Source of the DNA: an uncultured Eubacterium sp.
GTDB taxonomy: Bacteria > Bacillota > Clostridia > Oscillospirales > CAG-272
NCBI GenBank assembly: GCA_900544285.1
Contig: UQUT01000001.1
Location: forward strand, 69,031-133,030
Reading direction: 5' to 3'
DNA length: 64,000 nt
Position numbers and translations under genes: made by a program. Under the pieces are notes generated by a model, which worked only from the letters and a program-made list of their open reading frames with translations, made no database searches and was not told the origin of the DNA. Shown here in pieces: positions 8,326 to 17,755 of this stretch. How positions within the stretch are numbered: the first letter of the stretch is position 1; the number at the start of each line of letters is the position of its first letter.

Positions 8326-8693
8326 TCGAATACCTGAATTCATAGGTATCCGATTAGTATAGTATAGCATATTTTTTCAGAAAAGAAAAGGTTATTCTTT
8401 CCATCAAATATAGATATTCATAATATGGGTATTCATAAATTCCAATTTTATTTTCTCAAGCATAGAGGCAATAAATTAAGCTCTGATATATAGTGGAAAA
8501 TGCTTCGCTTTCCTGCACTTCCTTCTGAACGGCGACTATCCTCTTTTCCATTATAGCGTTTTCACGCTTCTCTGCAGCGGTAACTATCTCTTTCGATTTG
8601 TAATTGGTGGTAGAACCGAGGCCACCAGCTTTATCACCCCGATAATCTTGTGCTGTTTCTATACGGAAATGTTTGCCAGAATATTGAGAAGAA

Positions 8694-8734
8694 GAGAACC
8701 TCTTGTGGCTTTTTTGAACTTCAGGAGGTTCTTC
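8694..8734. repeat. Repeated hairpin, copy 2 (downstream of dgkA-like gene)
   Basis: agagaacctcttgtggcttttttgaacttcaggaggttcttc, with 3 mismatches to the copy at 6298-6337. Confidence 0.7.
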
Positions 8735-8784
8735 ACAATCCGAGTTTTATATTCGCCAAACAGTTTGAAAGGCTGTCATTAAGA

Positions 8785-9186
8785 CTATATCATCCCTATC
8801 ACTTCTGCTGCTTTTGGCAAAAATATGATGAGTCCCACGATTGCTGCCCCTATCGCCAATATCAAGACTCCGCCAGCAGCTACATCTTTCGCCAGTTTCG
8901 CCTTTTCATTCTTATAGGGCATTACCATATCCACAACAGTTTCAATCGCTGTATTGAACAACTCTCCACTGATTACGACAGCAAAACAGAGAATGCAGGC
9001 AACCCATTCATACCGATTGATTTTTAACAGCATCCCCATAACGATCACTAACAACATAATGACGACATGGATCTTCATATTTCTTTCGCTTAAAAAGGAC
9101 GAAACGATTCCCTGTCCTGCGTATTTGAAACTATTCGCTAACTTTTTCGCTTTCGTTTTTACCACTCCGTTTTTCTTTGGATTCAT
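8785..9186 (-). CDS. Diacylglycerol / undecaprenol kinase family (DgkA-type) membrane protein
   Basis: FKYAGQGI......ERN.KIH......V......NTAIE.VVD pattern with 3 TM helices. ATGA overlap with the upstream PAP2 gene. Confidence 0.8.
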   Translation of the reverse strand: MNPKKNGVVKTKAKKLANSFKYAGQGIVSSFLSERNMKIHVVIMLLVIVMGMLLKINRYEWVACILCFAVVISGELFNTAIETVVDMVMPYKNEKAKLAKDVAAGGVLILAIGAAIVGLIIFLPKAAEVIGMI

Positions 9187-9830
9187 TTCGTTTCCTCTTT
9201 TAAGACAAATTTGTCAACCGCACTCACATAGATAATCAAATAGGAAATTGAAATCAGGAAGCCTGCCAATACATCGCTTGTGTAATGAACGCCTAAATAA
9301 ATCCTGCTGACGCCAATTGCAATAATCAGGATACTCAGCACTGCTATGGCAGACCATTTCAAGTGCTTGTTCGTTACATACCTGTAGATCAGGTAAATGA
9401 TAAATCCATAGAAAGCCATACTCACCATTGAATGCCCAGACGGGAAGCTGTAACCAACCTCATCAATAATCCTGTATTCAATCGGTCTTGGCCTTTGGAC
9501 GATTTGCTTCAGCAACAGATTCAAGCCGGTTATAAGACCAAGATTGACGGCAATCGACATCCCGACCTTTTTATCCTTAATAAAGATAAAGAGAAGAACC
9601 GTGAGTGCAAGCAACACAAAGGCTCCGCCGAAATTTGTAATAACTTTTGCTATGGGCGTAGCAAAATCTGATATTAAAAACTTTGAAATAATCTGATACC
9701 CGATAATATCGCCGTTCATAATTTCCTGCCGGAATACATCTTCCGCTAAAGCCAAAAAGCCTATTAAACACCCAAACAGGATGATCCACTTCAAATTATG
9801 AATAACAAATGCCTTTATTTTTTCGAACAT
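9183..9830 (-). CDS. PAP2-family phosphatase (undecaprenyl-diphosphatase-like)
   Basis: Motifs KQIVQRPRP, SFPSGHS and SRIYLGVHYTSDVLAG, plus multiple TM helices. Confidence 0.85.
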   Translation of the reverse strand: MFEKIKAFVIHNLKWIILFGCLIGFLALAEDVFRQEIMNGDIIGYQIISKFLISDFATPIAKVITNFGGAFVLLALTVLLFIFIKDKKVGMSIAVNLGLITGLNLLLKQIVQRPRPIEYRIIDEVGYSFPSGHSMVSMAFYGFIIYLIYRYVTNKHLKWSAIAVLSILIIAIGVSRIYLGVHYTSDVLAGFLISISYLIIYVSAVDKFVLKEETK

Positions 9831-9857
9831 GGATACCTCCGAATTTTGTTTCCGTTC

Positions 9858-11066
9858 TTATGCCTCTTTTGGAGTATGCAGCTTCAACGCAAGCAGGATT
9901 GCGGATAACAGTGATAACATACCGCCGAACACAAACGGCGCAAACACGCCGATCCCGTCCCAAAGCAGACCTGCGATCACGCTTGCCGGAAGCAAAGCGA
10001 TTCCCGCCAATGTGGAGTGCAGGCCGAGCATTGTCCCTTTAAGCTGCGGCGGTGCGATTTCTGCAATAAACGCCCGTTCCGCCCCTGCGGTCATCGCCGT
10101 ATAAATACCGTAGACCACAAAAATCAAAATCATAAACGGTTTGGAATTGCAGAAAGCAAACCCGAAATAGACAAGCGAGAAGGTAAGATACCCGCCCACA
10201 AGCAAACGCTTCCTGCCGATTTTGTCCGAGAGCTTGCCGCAGGGAATGGCTAACAGCGAAGCGGTCAGATTGTAGATAAAATACAGCAGGATGGTGGTGC
10301 TGCTGTCAAAGCCTATATCCGAAGCCCTGAGAAGCAGAAAGCTGTTTGAGGAATTGCCGAGCGTAAATAAAAATGTAATGGCAAGGTAAAGTTTCAGTCT
10401 GCCGTCCAGCTTTGAGATATTCTTCCAAAAGTGTTCCCGTTGCACGGTTTCCCGTTTCTCCTTTTTCTCTTGAACAAAGAAAAACAGAAGGAGTGCAATC
10501 ACAATCGGGATGATGGAAACAGCGAACACTGTTTTGTAGCCGCTGGTGCCCGCACCGATATTCTTCATCAGGAGAAACGCCAATAGAATCCCGATGGCCG
10601 AGCCTGCCATATCAAGCATTTTGTGAATCCCGAAGGCTTTGCCCATACTGTTTTTATCGGCGCTCTCCGAAACCATTACATCTCTCGGGGCAGTCCGGAT
10701 TCCTTTGCCGAAACGGTCAATCACCCTTGCGGCAAGGATACCGCCCCAAGATCCGGCGAACAGCAGCGCCGCCTTATATAACAGCCCGGTGGCATACCCG
10801 CTGAACGCAATCGCTTTCTTGTGCTGAAAACGGTCGCTGATATATCCGCTGAACACCTTTAAGAGACTGGCGACGCTTTCCGCAATTCCCTCAATGATAC
10901 CGACCAGCACAGGCGTTGCCCCGAACACCGCCGTCAGGTACAGCGGAATCAATGGGTAGACCATTTCACTGGATATATCCGCAAAACAGCTAATCAGCCC
11001 GAGTATGATAATGTTTTGGGTTCCCTTAACAATCAGTTCTTTGCTCTTTTTAGTTTTTTGTTCCAT
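9858..11066 (-). CDS. MFS transporter
   Basis: About 12 TM segments with loops like GYISDRFQHKKAI and GKLSDKIGRKRLL. ATG at 11066 with GAGGGGTGAG upstream, just after the MarR stop. Confidence 0.85.
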   Translation of the reverse strand: MEQKTKKSKELIVKGTQNIIILGLISCFADISSEMVYPLIPLYLTAVFGATPVLVGIIEGIAESVASLLKVFSGYISDRFQHKKAIAFSGYATGLLYKAALLFAGSWGGILAARVIDRFGKGIRTAPRDVMVSESADKNSMGKAFGIHKMLDMAGSAIGILLAFLLMKNIGAGTSGYKTVFAVSIIPIVIALLLFFFVQEKKEKRETVQREHFWKNISKLDGRLKLYLAITFLFTLGNSSNSFLLLRASDIGFDSSTTILLYFIYNLTASLLAIPCGKLSDKIGRKRLLVGGYLTFSLVYFGFAFCNSKPFMILIFVVYGIYTAMTAGAERAFIAEIAPPQLKGTMLGLHSTLAGIALLPASVIAGLLWDGIGVFAPFVFGGMLSLLSAILLALKLHTPKEA

Positions 11067-11071
11067 TGCTC

Positions 11072-11530
11072 TCACCCCTCAATCAGCTTTTTCACGTCCG
11101 GGAATCCAGACCGGGACTGCTGTTTTGACCGCAGATACAATTCATTCAGAATCCGGCAAAACTCGTTTCTATCTTCTTCGGGCAGTTCTGACAACAGCCA
11201 TTCATAAAAGGCTTGCTCGAGCGAAACTTTAGAGTTCCGCAGGTTTTCTGCCTTTTCGGTCGCATAGAGCAGTTGGCTGCGCCCGTCTGCCGGATTTTCC
11301 TTGCGAATGAGATACCCCTTTGCCTCCAGACTGGCGGCTTGTCGTGCGGCAGCCCCCTTGTCAATCTTCAATTCTTCCCTGATTTGTGCCTGTGTAAGTT
11401 CGGGATGATGGCGGAGCAGATGAATGAAATCAAACTCTGCTGTACCAATTCCGTCCTCTTTCATAGTCTGTACCGTGAACTTGCTGACCTCACGGGCAAT
11501 CTTTGTAATCTGTCTTTTGCTGTAATCCAT
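11072..11530 (-). CDS. MarR-family transcriptional regulator
   Basis: LTQAQIREELKIDKGAAARQAASLEAKGYLIRKENPADGR is a winged-helix MarR signature. Same operon as the MFS gene. Confidence 0.85.
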   Translation of the reverse strand: MDYSKRQITKIAREVSKFTVQTMKEDGIGTAEFDFIHLLRHHPELTQAQIREELKIDKGAAARQAASLEAKGYLIRKENPADGRSQLLYATEKAENLRNSKVSLEQAFYEWLLSELPEEDRNEFCRILNELYLRSKQQSRSGFPDVKKLIEG

Positions 11531-11712
11531 ATCGCACCTCTCTTGGATAGATGTAGTATCAACTATATTTATATGATACTACATCTTCTTTAAAAAATCA
11601 AGGTGCTTTATCGACAATTCTTCTTGATTAAATCATAGAAGAAAAGTATACTATAAAGGGATATACTACATTCAAGTATAGTTTTGCGGATGAAATCACG
11701 AGGTGGATGGTT

Positions 11713-13470
11713 ATGGATATTTTCGATGTATTAACGCTCATAGGAGGCTTATGCCTGTTCCTTTTCGGTATGAATTTGATGGGAGACTCTTTAGCAAGAA
11801 GCGCCGGGAATAGGCTTGAAATTGTTATCGGCAAACTGACGACCGGGAAATTGGCGGGGCTGCTCACTGGTCTTGGCGTTACGGCGGTGATCCAAAGTTC
11901 ATCGGCTACAACGGTTATGGTGGTTGGCCTGGTCAATTCCAGATTGATGAGTCTAAAACAGGCCATTCACGTAATTATGGGTGCGAATATCGGCACAACC
12001 GTTACGGCGTGGATTCTCAGCTTAAGCGGTATTTCCGGCAGCAACATCTTCCTGAAACTCCTAAAACCTTCCTCCTTCACGCCAATTCTCGCCCTGATCG
12101 GTATCATTTTCCTGATGTTTACAAAGAGCAATAAAAAGAAAGACATCGGCATGGTTTTGCTGGGATTTGCCACGCTGATGTTCGGGATGGAAACCATGAC
12201 CGGCGCTGTCTCCGGGCTGAGGGATATTCCCGCTTTTCAGGAATTGTTCATTATGTTCAAGAACCCGATTTTGGGCGTGCTTGTTGGTGCGATTCTCACC
12301 GCAATCATTCAGTCGAGTTCCGCTTCTGTGGGAATCCTTCAGGCACTTGCGGCAACCGGCGTCGTTTCTTACGGAGCTGCCATTCCGATTATTATGGGAC
12401 AGAATATCGGAACCTGCATTACAGCGATTCTTTCCTCCGTGGGTACAACAAAGAATGCCAAAAGAGCTGCTCTCGTGCATTTATCCTTTAACGTGATAGG
12501 AACTGTCGTTTGTCTCGGGATTTTCTCGGTTGTAAAGGTTTTGTTTGCCCCGACAATGCTGAATGCTCCTGCTACATATGCGGGCATCGCCACGGCGCAC
12601 TCTATTTTCAACATCGCCTGCACCCTGATTCTCCTGCCTATGTCGGGGCTGCTCGAGAAACTTGCGTACAAACTTGTTCCAGACACCAAACTCCCGGAAA
12701 ACATTTCTCAGCTTGATAACAGACTTCTCGCAACACCTGCCCTGGCTTTGGAATGCGCCCACAACCTGACTTTTGAAATGGCTAAGGTTGCCACCGACGC
12801 ACTTCGGAATAGTATCCAGTGCCTTTCCAACTATGACAAGGAAAAAGCACAGGCTATTCGTGCTGCTGAGGACGAAACCGACCACTATGAAGATGTTATT
12901 GGCAGTTATCTTGTAAAAGTGAGTACAAAACGGCTCAACGACGCAGATGGGGCAACTGCTTCTATGTTGCTAAGAGTCATCGGAGATTTTGAACGGATCT
13001 CCGATCACGCCGTAAACATACTGGAATCTGCGGAGGAAATGCGGGAGAAAGGCATTGCATTCTCCGACAGCGCAAAATCAGAACTGGATTCTCTCTCAGA
13101 GGCGACACTTGAAATCATTTCCTTGTCATACCGGGCCTTTGTTGACGAAAATGCGGAGCAGGCGACGCTTGTGGAACCACTTGAACAGGTGATTGACAGG
13201 CTGAAGGAACTGCTTCGGGCACGACATATTGATCGTTTGCGTATTGGTGATTGCAGCATTGAAGCAGGTTTCGTATGGAGCGATTTAATTACCAATATGG
13301 AAAGGGTTTCCGACCACTGTTCCAATATTGCAGGCTGTGTGATGGATACCAAGGATCAGAATATGAACCTGCACTCGTCTTTGAAAATGCTGAGAATTGA
13401 TAACGACAGTTACCGGCAGAAGTATGACGAATACACCAAGAAGTATTTTTCATTTATGCAGAATCTTTGA
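11713..13470 (+). CDS. Na/Pi cotransporter family protein with C-terminal PhoU-like domains
   Basis: GANIGTT and GQNIGTC repeats typical of Na_Pi_cotrans, plus a C-terminal ERISDH / ERVSDH PhoU-like pair. ATG 11713 is favoured by the AGGTGG spacing; ATG 11707 is also possible. Confidence 0.85.
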   Translation: MDIFDVLTLIGGLCLFLFGMNLMGDSLARSAGNRLEIVIGKLTTGKLAGLLTGLGVTAVIQSSSATTVMVVGLVNSRLMSLKQAIHVIMGANIGTTVTAWILSLSGISGSNIFLKLLKPSSFTPILALIGIIFLMFTKSNKKKDIGMVLLGFATLMFGMETMTGAVSGLRDIPAFQELFIMFKNPILGVLVGAILTAIIQSSSASVGILQALAATGVVSYGAAIPIIMGQNIGTCITAILSSVGTTKNAKRAALVHLSFNVIGTVVCLGIFSVVKVLFAPTMLNAPATYAGIATAHSIFNIACTLILLPMSGLLEKLAYKLVPDTKLPENISQLDNRLLATPALALECAHNLTFEMAKVATDALRNSIQCLSNYDKEKAQAIRAAEDETDHYEDVIGSYLVKVSTKRLNDADGATASMLLRVIGDFERISDHAVNILESAEEMREKGIAFSDSAKSELDSLSEATLEIISLSYRAFVDENAEQATLVEPLEQVIDRLKELLRARHIDRLRIGDCSIEAGFVWSDLITNMERVSDHCSNIAGCVMDTKDQNMNLHSSLKMLRIDNDSYRQKYDEYTKKYFSFMQNL

Positions 13471-13582
13471 CACCATATTTTTAGAAGAAAAGTCTCACAA
13501 TTACTTGACAATTATCATATAATGCAATATACTATAACTTAATCTTTGCACTGTATTACATTCTTTTGCAGAATGCGAGATC

Positions 13583-13701
13583 AACAGTACAAACTGAGTA
13601 GGCGATAATCTTTCTGATTATGGGGCTGGGCCGTTATCGGCAGCAGGTTGTATGTTCACACACCTGCGGGACAGTTGTATGTTCCGTAGGTGTGTTTTTT
13701 A
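13583..13701 (+). promoter_or_regulatory. czcD/NiCo-riboswitch-like leader with terminator
   Basis: P1-like pairing tacaaactg / cagttgta. Inner elements GGCUGGGCCG..CGGCAGCAGG and CUGCGGGACAG. Terminator acacacct...aggtgtgt + tttttt at 13658-13701, upstream of a CDF exporter. Consensus recalled from memory. Confidence 0.45.
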
Positions 13702-13786
13702 TACCCTTTTTGGAACGGTTAAATCTCAAGGTGCCTATAAGAGAAATCATCACCGCCGCATAAAGCGGAAGAAGGAGGATTCTTTT

Positions 13787-14743
13787 ATGACTACTAACAA
13801 CAAACACCGCACCGATATGGTTTCCGGAAAACCGGCCGTCAACGAACAGGCGGTCATCCGGAACCTGTCTTTGGTGAGCGTGATCGGCAACGCTCTCCTG
13901 TCCGGCTTCAAAATCATTGCAGGAATTGTGGGGCATTCCGGTGCCATGATTTCCGATGCTGTTCATTCCTTTTCCGATGTACTTACTACCATCATTGCAT
14001 ACATCGGTGTGAAGGTTTCCAAAAAAGCGGCAGACCGGGCGCATCCCTATGGTCACGAGCGCATGGAATGCGTCGCTTCCCTGCTTTTGAGTCTGATGCT
14101 GATGGCTACAGGCGTTGGGATCGGCGCAGTCGGTTTGAAAAACATTCTTTCCGGGCATTACGAAACCCTTGAAATCCCCGGTGCGATTGCTCTGGCTGCT
14201 GCTATTGTCTCCATTATCGGAAAAGAAGCCATGTACTGGTACACCCGGCACTACGCCAAGCTCATCAATTCCGCAGCGTTTATGGCCGACGCCTGGCACC
14301 ATCGCTCCGACGCTTTTTCCTCTGTCGGTTCTTTAATCGGAATCGGCGGCGCTATGCTGGGATTCCCGGTGCTGGACTCTGTTGCCAGCGTGGTGATCTG
14401 CCTGTTCATTTTGAAGGTGGGATATGACATCCTGAAGGATTCCATTTCCAAAATGCTGGATACCTCCTGCGGCCAGACCTATGAGAAGGATTTGCGGGAG
14501 TTTGTAGAGGCGCAGGACGGCGTTGTCTGCGTGGATTTGCTTCGCACAAGGATGTTCGGCAACAAAATCTACATTGATTTGGAGATTGAATTGGACGGCA
14601 ATTTGCTTCTGCGGGACAGCCATGCCATCGCTGAACGGGTTCATAACCTTGTGGAAACCAAATATCCGGAGATAAAGCACATTATGATCCATGTGAATCC
14701 GGCTGAATATTCTACATCCGAGACTTCTCAGGATATGAAGTAA
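13787..14743 (+). CDS. Cation diffusion facilitator (CDF) metal efflux transporter
   Basis: ATG at 13787 with GAAGGAGGA upstream. Motifs SDAVHSFSD, HPYGHERME and DAWHHRSD, plus a C-terminal cytoplasmic domain. Confidence 0.85.
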   Translation: MTTNNKHRTDMVSGKPAVNEQAVIRNLSLVSVIGNALLSGFKIIAGIVGHSGAMISDAVHSFSDVLTTIIAYIGVKVSKKAADRAHPYGHERMECVASLLLSLMLMATGVGIGAVGLKNILSGHYETLEIPGAIALAAAIVSIIGKEAMYWYTRHYAKLINSAAFMADAWHHRSDAFSSVGSLIGIGGAMLGFPVLDSVASVVICLFILKVGYDILKDSISKMLDTSCGQTYEKDLREFVEAQDGVVCVDLLRTRMFGNKIYIDLEIELDGNLLLRDSHAIAERVHNLVETKYPEIKHIMIHVNPAEYSTSETSQDMK

Positions 14744-14857
14744 ATGTAAAAGCCTTAGTTTATAGTAAGTAGAGTTTACCACTATATAGATATTCCAGAC
14801 TTTACGATGGGGCAGTCTGCTTACATAAAACAATCATTTTCTTAACTCTTACAAATC

Positions 14858-14907
14858 AAGGCCGCCATTCTCCTGTGAGAGTGGCGGCCTTGTCTTCTGT
14901 TTTTTTG
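14858..14907 (+). terminator. Intrinsic terminator after the CDF gene (hairpin family 2, copy 1)
   Basis: aaggccgcca...tggcggcctt stem followed by gtcttctgttttttt. Related to the hairpin at 17657. Confidence 0.7.
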
Positions 14908-14926
14908 TCCGGTTTTGTAAACATTC

Positions 14927-15505
14927 TTAACGCTCAATATCCTGTGCAACCATCTTTATAAAATATTGGTGAACAGAAAGGTCATCATTTAATTCCGGAT
15001 GGAACGCCGTCACAAGCTGGTTGTTCTGGCGAGCTGCCACAATATGACCGTCCACGGTGGCTAAAGCCTGTGCCTCCCCGGAAACTTTTTCGATATATGG
15101 CGCACGGATAAAGGTCATAGGGATTTTCCCGATGCCCTGAAACGCCGCTTCCGTGTAAAAACTGCCAAGCTGTCTCCCGTACGCATTTCGCACCGCCGTA
15201 ATATCCATTGTCGCAAAATGCACCCTATCATCGTTTTGTATTGTTTTCGCAAGCAAAAGGAGTCCCGCACAGGTGCCGAACACCGGAAAGCCCTCCGTTA
15301 TCCTCTTTTTCAGCGGTTCAGAAAGGCCAAGCTCATACATCAGCTTGCCCTGCACGGTACTCTCACCGCCGGGGATAATCAGCCCATCGAAGGACTGTTC
15401 CAAATCCTCTTTTTTTCGGATTTCCATAGAGGAAACGCCAAGCCGGGACAGCATCTGCTCATGCTCGATAAACGCCCCTTGCAGGGCAAGTACAGCAATC
15501 CGCAT
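14927..15505 (-). CDS. pdxT: Pyridoxal 5'-phosphate synthase, glutaminase subunit
   Basis: [14 protein letters not shown]....PGGEST....FGTCAG...FHPE pattern. Immediately downstream of pdxS. Confidence 0.92.
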   Translation of the reverse strand: MRIAVLALQGAFIEHEQMLSRLGVSSMEIRKKEDLEQSFDGLIIPGGESTVQGKLMYELGLSEPLKKRITEGFPVFGTCAGLLLLAKTIQNDDRVHFATMDITAVRNAYGRQLGSFYTEAAFQGIGKIPMTFIRAPYIEKVSGEAQALATVDGHIVAARQNNQLVTAFHPELNDDLSVHQYFIKMVAQDIER

Positions 15506-15508
15506 CCC

Positions 15509-16384
15509 TTATTTTCCTCTCTCCGCCATCAGCAGTTCAATCTCCTGCTCATTAATTCCAACCATTGCTTCGCCCAAATCTTCCGACAGTTGTGCAAGCA
15601 TTTTTGCGTCTGTAAAATTGGTTACTGCCTTCACAATCGCTGCGGCTCTTTTTTCGGGGTTGCCCGACTTGAAAATGCCCGAGCCTACAAAGACGCCCTC
15701 TGCACCGAGCTGCATCATAAGGGCTGCGTCTGCCGGAGTAGCCACACCGCCTGCGGCAAAGTTTACTACAGGGAGCTTTTTGTGTTCGTGAACATACTGT
15801 ACCAGTTCATAAGGAACCTGAAGCTGCTTTGCTGTATCGAACAATTCGTCCTCTGCCATAGAACCAATCCTGCGGATTTCAGCCTGCATCATTCTCATAT
15901 GCCGTACAGCCTGAACAACATCTCCTGTACCGGGTTCGCCCTTTGTGCGGATCATAGACGCCCCCTCATTGATACGGCGCAGTGCTTCCCCAAGATCTTT
16001 GGCACCGCAAACAAAGGGTACGTCAAACTTGGTTTTGTCAATGTGGTATTTATCATCTGCCGGGGAGAGAACCTCCGACTCATCAATGTAATCAATCTCA
16101 ATCGCCTGAAGGATCTGCGCTTCGGCAAAGTGGCCGATACGGCATTTCGCCATAACGGGAATCGACACAGCTTCCTGTATCCCTTTAATCATTTTGGGAT
16201 CGCTCATACGGGATACGCCGCCTGCCGCACGGATATCCGCAGGGATTCTTTCCAAAGCCATAACAGCACAGGCACCCGCCGCTTCTGCAATCTTGGCCTG
16301 TTCCGGGGTGGTAACGTCCATAATAACGCCGCCCTTTAACATCTGGGCAAGATTTTTATTCAGTTCATATCTTTTTTCTGACAT
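15509..16384 (-). CDS. pdxS: Pyridoxal 5'-phosphate synthase, lyase subunit
   Basis: ATG at 16384 ([24 protein letters not shown]) with AAGGAGG upstream. Highly conserved PdxS sequence throughout (IDESEVLTPAD-like, [26 protein letters not shown]). Confidence 0.95.
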   Translation of the reverse strand: MSEKRYELNKNLAQMLKGGVIMDVTTPEQAKIAEAAGACAVMALERIPADIRAAGGVSRMSDPKMIKGIQEAVSIPVMAKCRIGHFAEAQILQAIEIDYIDESEVLSPADDKYHIDKTKFDVPFVCGAKDLGEALRRINEGASMIRTKGEPGTGDVVQAVRHMRMMQAEIRRIGSMAEDELFDTAKQLQVPYELVQYVHEHKKLPVVNFAAGGVATPADAALMMQLGAEGVFVGSGIFKSGNPEKRAAAIVKAVTNFTDAKMLAQLSEDLGEAMVGINEQEIELLMAERGK

Positions 16385-16477
16385 TTTCGTTGTCCTCCTT
16401 GATTTTATTACTTTCATAGGATACAATATATTTGACCATATTGAAATAGCCAAAACAGGAGAATAATATATAGCCAG

Positions 16478-17560
16478 ATGAACTACACAATTGACATCAA
16501 CCTGCAAATGCCTGCATATCTTCAGTTATACAATCAAATCAAAGCGGATATTGTAAAGGGGATTTATCCCTATGGCAGCAAAGTCCCTTCTAAGCGTACA
16601 ATGGCAGTGGAAACAGGGATAAGCACCATAACCGTAGAACACGCCTACGCTCTGCTTTGCGAAGAAGGATATATTGAATCCCGGGAACGAAGTGGTTTCT
16701 TTGTCGTTTTTCGGTTAGTCGATGGTTTTGCTTCCACGCCTCAAAAGCCAGTGCCTCCAAAGATTTTACCCCATTCCCATCACGCCAACCTTGAATTTCC
16801 GTTTTCCATTTTGACAAAGGCCATGCGCCGTGTGATGAGCGATTACGGCGAAAATATCTTAATCAAATCGCCAAACTCCGGCTGCGTGGAGCTTCGGGAA
16901 ACGCTCAGGCAGTATTTAGCACGCAATCGTGGCATTTATATTGACACCGAGCAGATTATCATCGGCTCCGGGGCAGAATATTTATATACCCTGATTGTCG
17001 GGATTTTGGGGCAGGAACAAATCTTTGCACTGGAATCGCCGTCTTATGAAAAAATAGAACAGGTGTATCAGGCGGCAGGGATAACCTGCGACCTGCTGCC
17101 GCTTGGTTCGGATGGGATCGAAAGTTCCGCACTGGCTCAGACAAAAGCGACTGTTCTGCACCTGTCCCCTTACCGGAGTTTTCCAACCGGGATTACGGCA
17201 TCGGCGTCCAAGAGATATGAATACATCCGGTGGGCGGAACAACCCGGGCATTTTCTTGTTGAGGATGACTTTGAATCCGAGTTTACGATTTCAACCAAGC
17301 CGGAAGAAACGCTGTTTTCACTCTCTGAAAATGATAACGTGATCTATCTCAATACATTTTCCCAAACAATTTCGCCGTCCTTACGCATGGGGTATATGGT
17401 ACTTCCGAAGCGGCTTGTAAACATCTTTTCTGAAAAACTCGGATTTTACTCCTGCACCGTGCCAACCTTCGAGCAGCTTGTATTGGCAAAACTGATTTCG
17501 GAGGGGGACTTTGAAAGGCATATCAACCGGATTCGGAGAGCGAAACGAAAGAATATATGA
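16478..17560 (+). CDS. MocR/PdxR-like GntR-family regulator with degenerate, shortened aminotransferase domain
   Basis: GntR wHTH ([42 protein letters not shown]) followed by an AAT fold. Divergent from pdxST. The usual SFSK lysine reads TFSQ, and the protein ends about 70 aa later. Confidence 0.75.
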   Translation: MNYTIDINLQMPAYLQLYNQIKADIVKGIYPYGSKVPSKRTMAVETGISTITVEHAYALLCEEGYIESRERSGFFVVFRLVDGFASTPQKPVPPKILPHSHHANLEFPFSILTKAMRRVMSDYGENILIKSPNSGCVELRETLRQYLARNRGIYIDTEQIIIGSGAEYLYTLIVGILGQEQIFALESPSYEKIEQVYQAAGITCDLLPLGSDGIESSALAQTKATVLHLSPYRSFPTGITASASKRYEYIRWAEQPGHFLVEDDFESEFTISTKPEETLFSLSENDNVIYLNTFSQTISPSLRMGYMVLPKRLVNIFSEKLGFYSCTVPTFEQLVLAKLISEGDFERHINRIRRAKRKNI

Positions 17561-17656
17561 TTGCGTCATCGTGGAAAAAGATTTTTTGAATGGGAATCAT
17601 CAAGTTTTGTATTCAAGCTAAATTTCAATGGCAGCAGCGAGAATTCCGTCAATTAA

Positions 17657-17700
17657 AAGACCGCCTTCCCATATGAGAGTGGCGGTCTTGCATTTTACTT
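17657..17700. terminator. Hairpin family 2, copy 2 (terminator between convergent genes)
   Basis: aagaccgcc...ggcggtctt stem with compensatory changes relative to 14858-14891. T-rich on both sides. Confidence 0.6.
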
Positions 17701-17755
17701 GTGCGGCACTTTTTCGTATACACTTACTTACCACATACGAAAATTCGTATTGGTT

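Noticed and set aside
8440-8746. Open frame on the minus strand (...QDYRGDKAGGLGSTTNYKSKEIVTAAEKRENAIMEKRIVAVQKEVQESEAF...) in the gap upstream of the folT leader
   Set aside because: There is no start codon or SD before an internal Met, it runs through the repeated hairpin, and I cannot assign a family. At best it is a gene remnant, so I did not call it.
15218-16339. 373-aa plus-strand ORF overlapping pdxT and pdxS
   Set aside because: It is the antisense shadow of two very strongly conserved genes. Its product is Cys/His/Arg/Phe-rich with no recognisable family and no SD.
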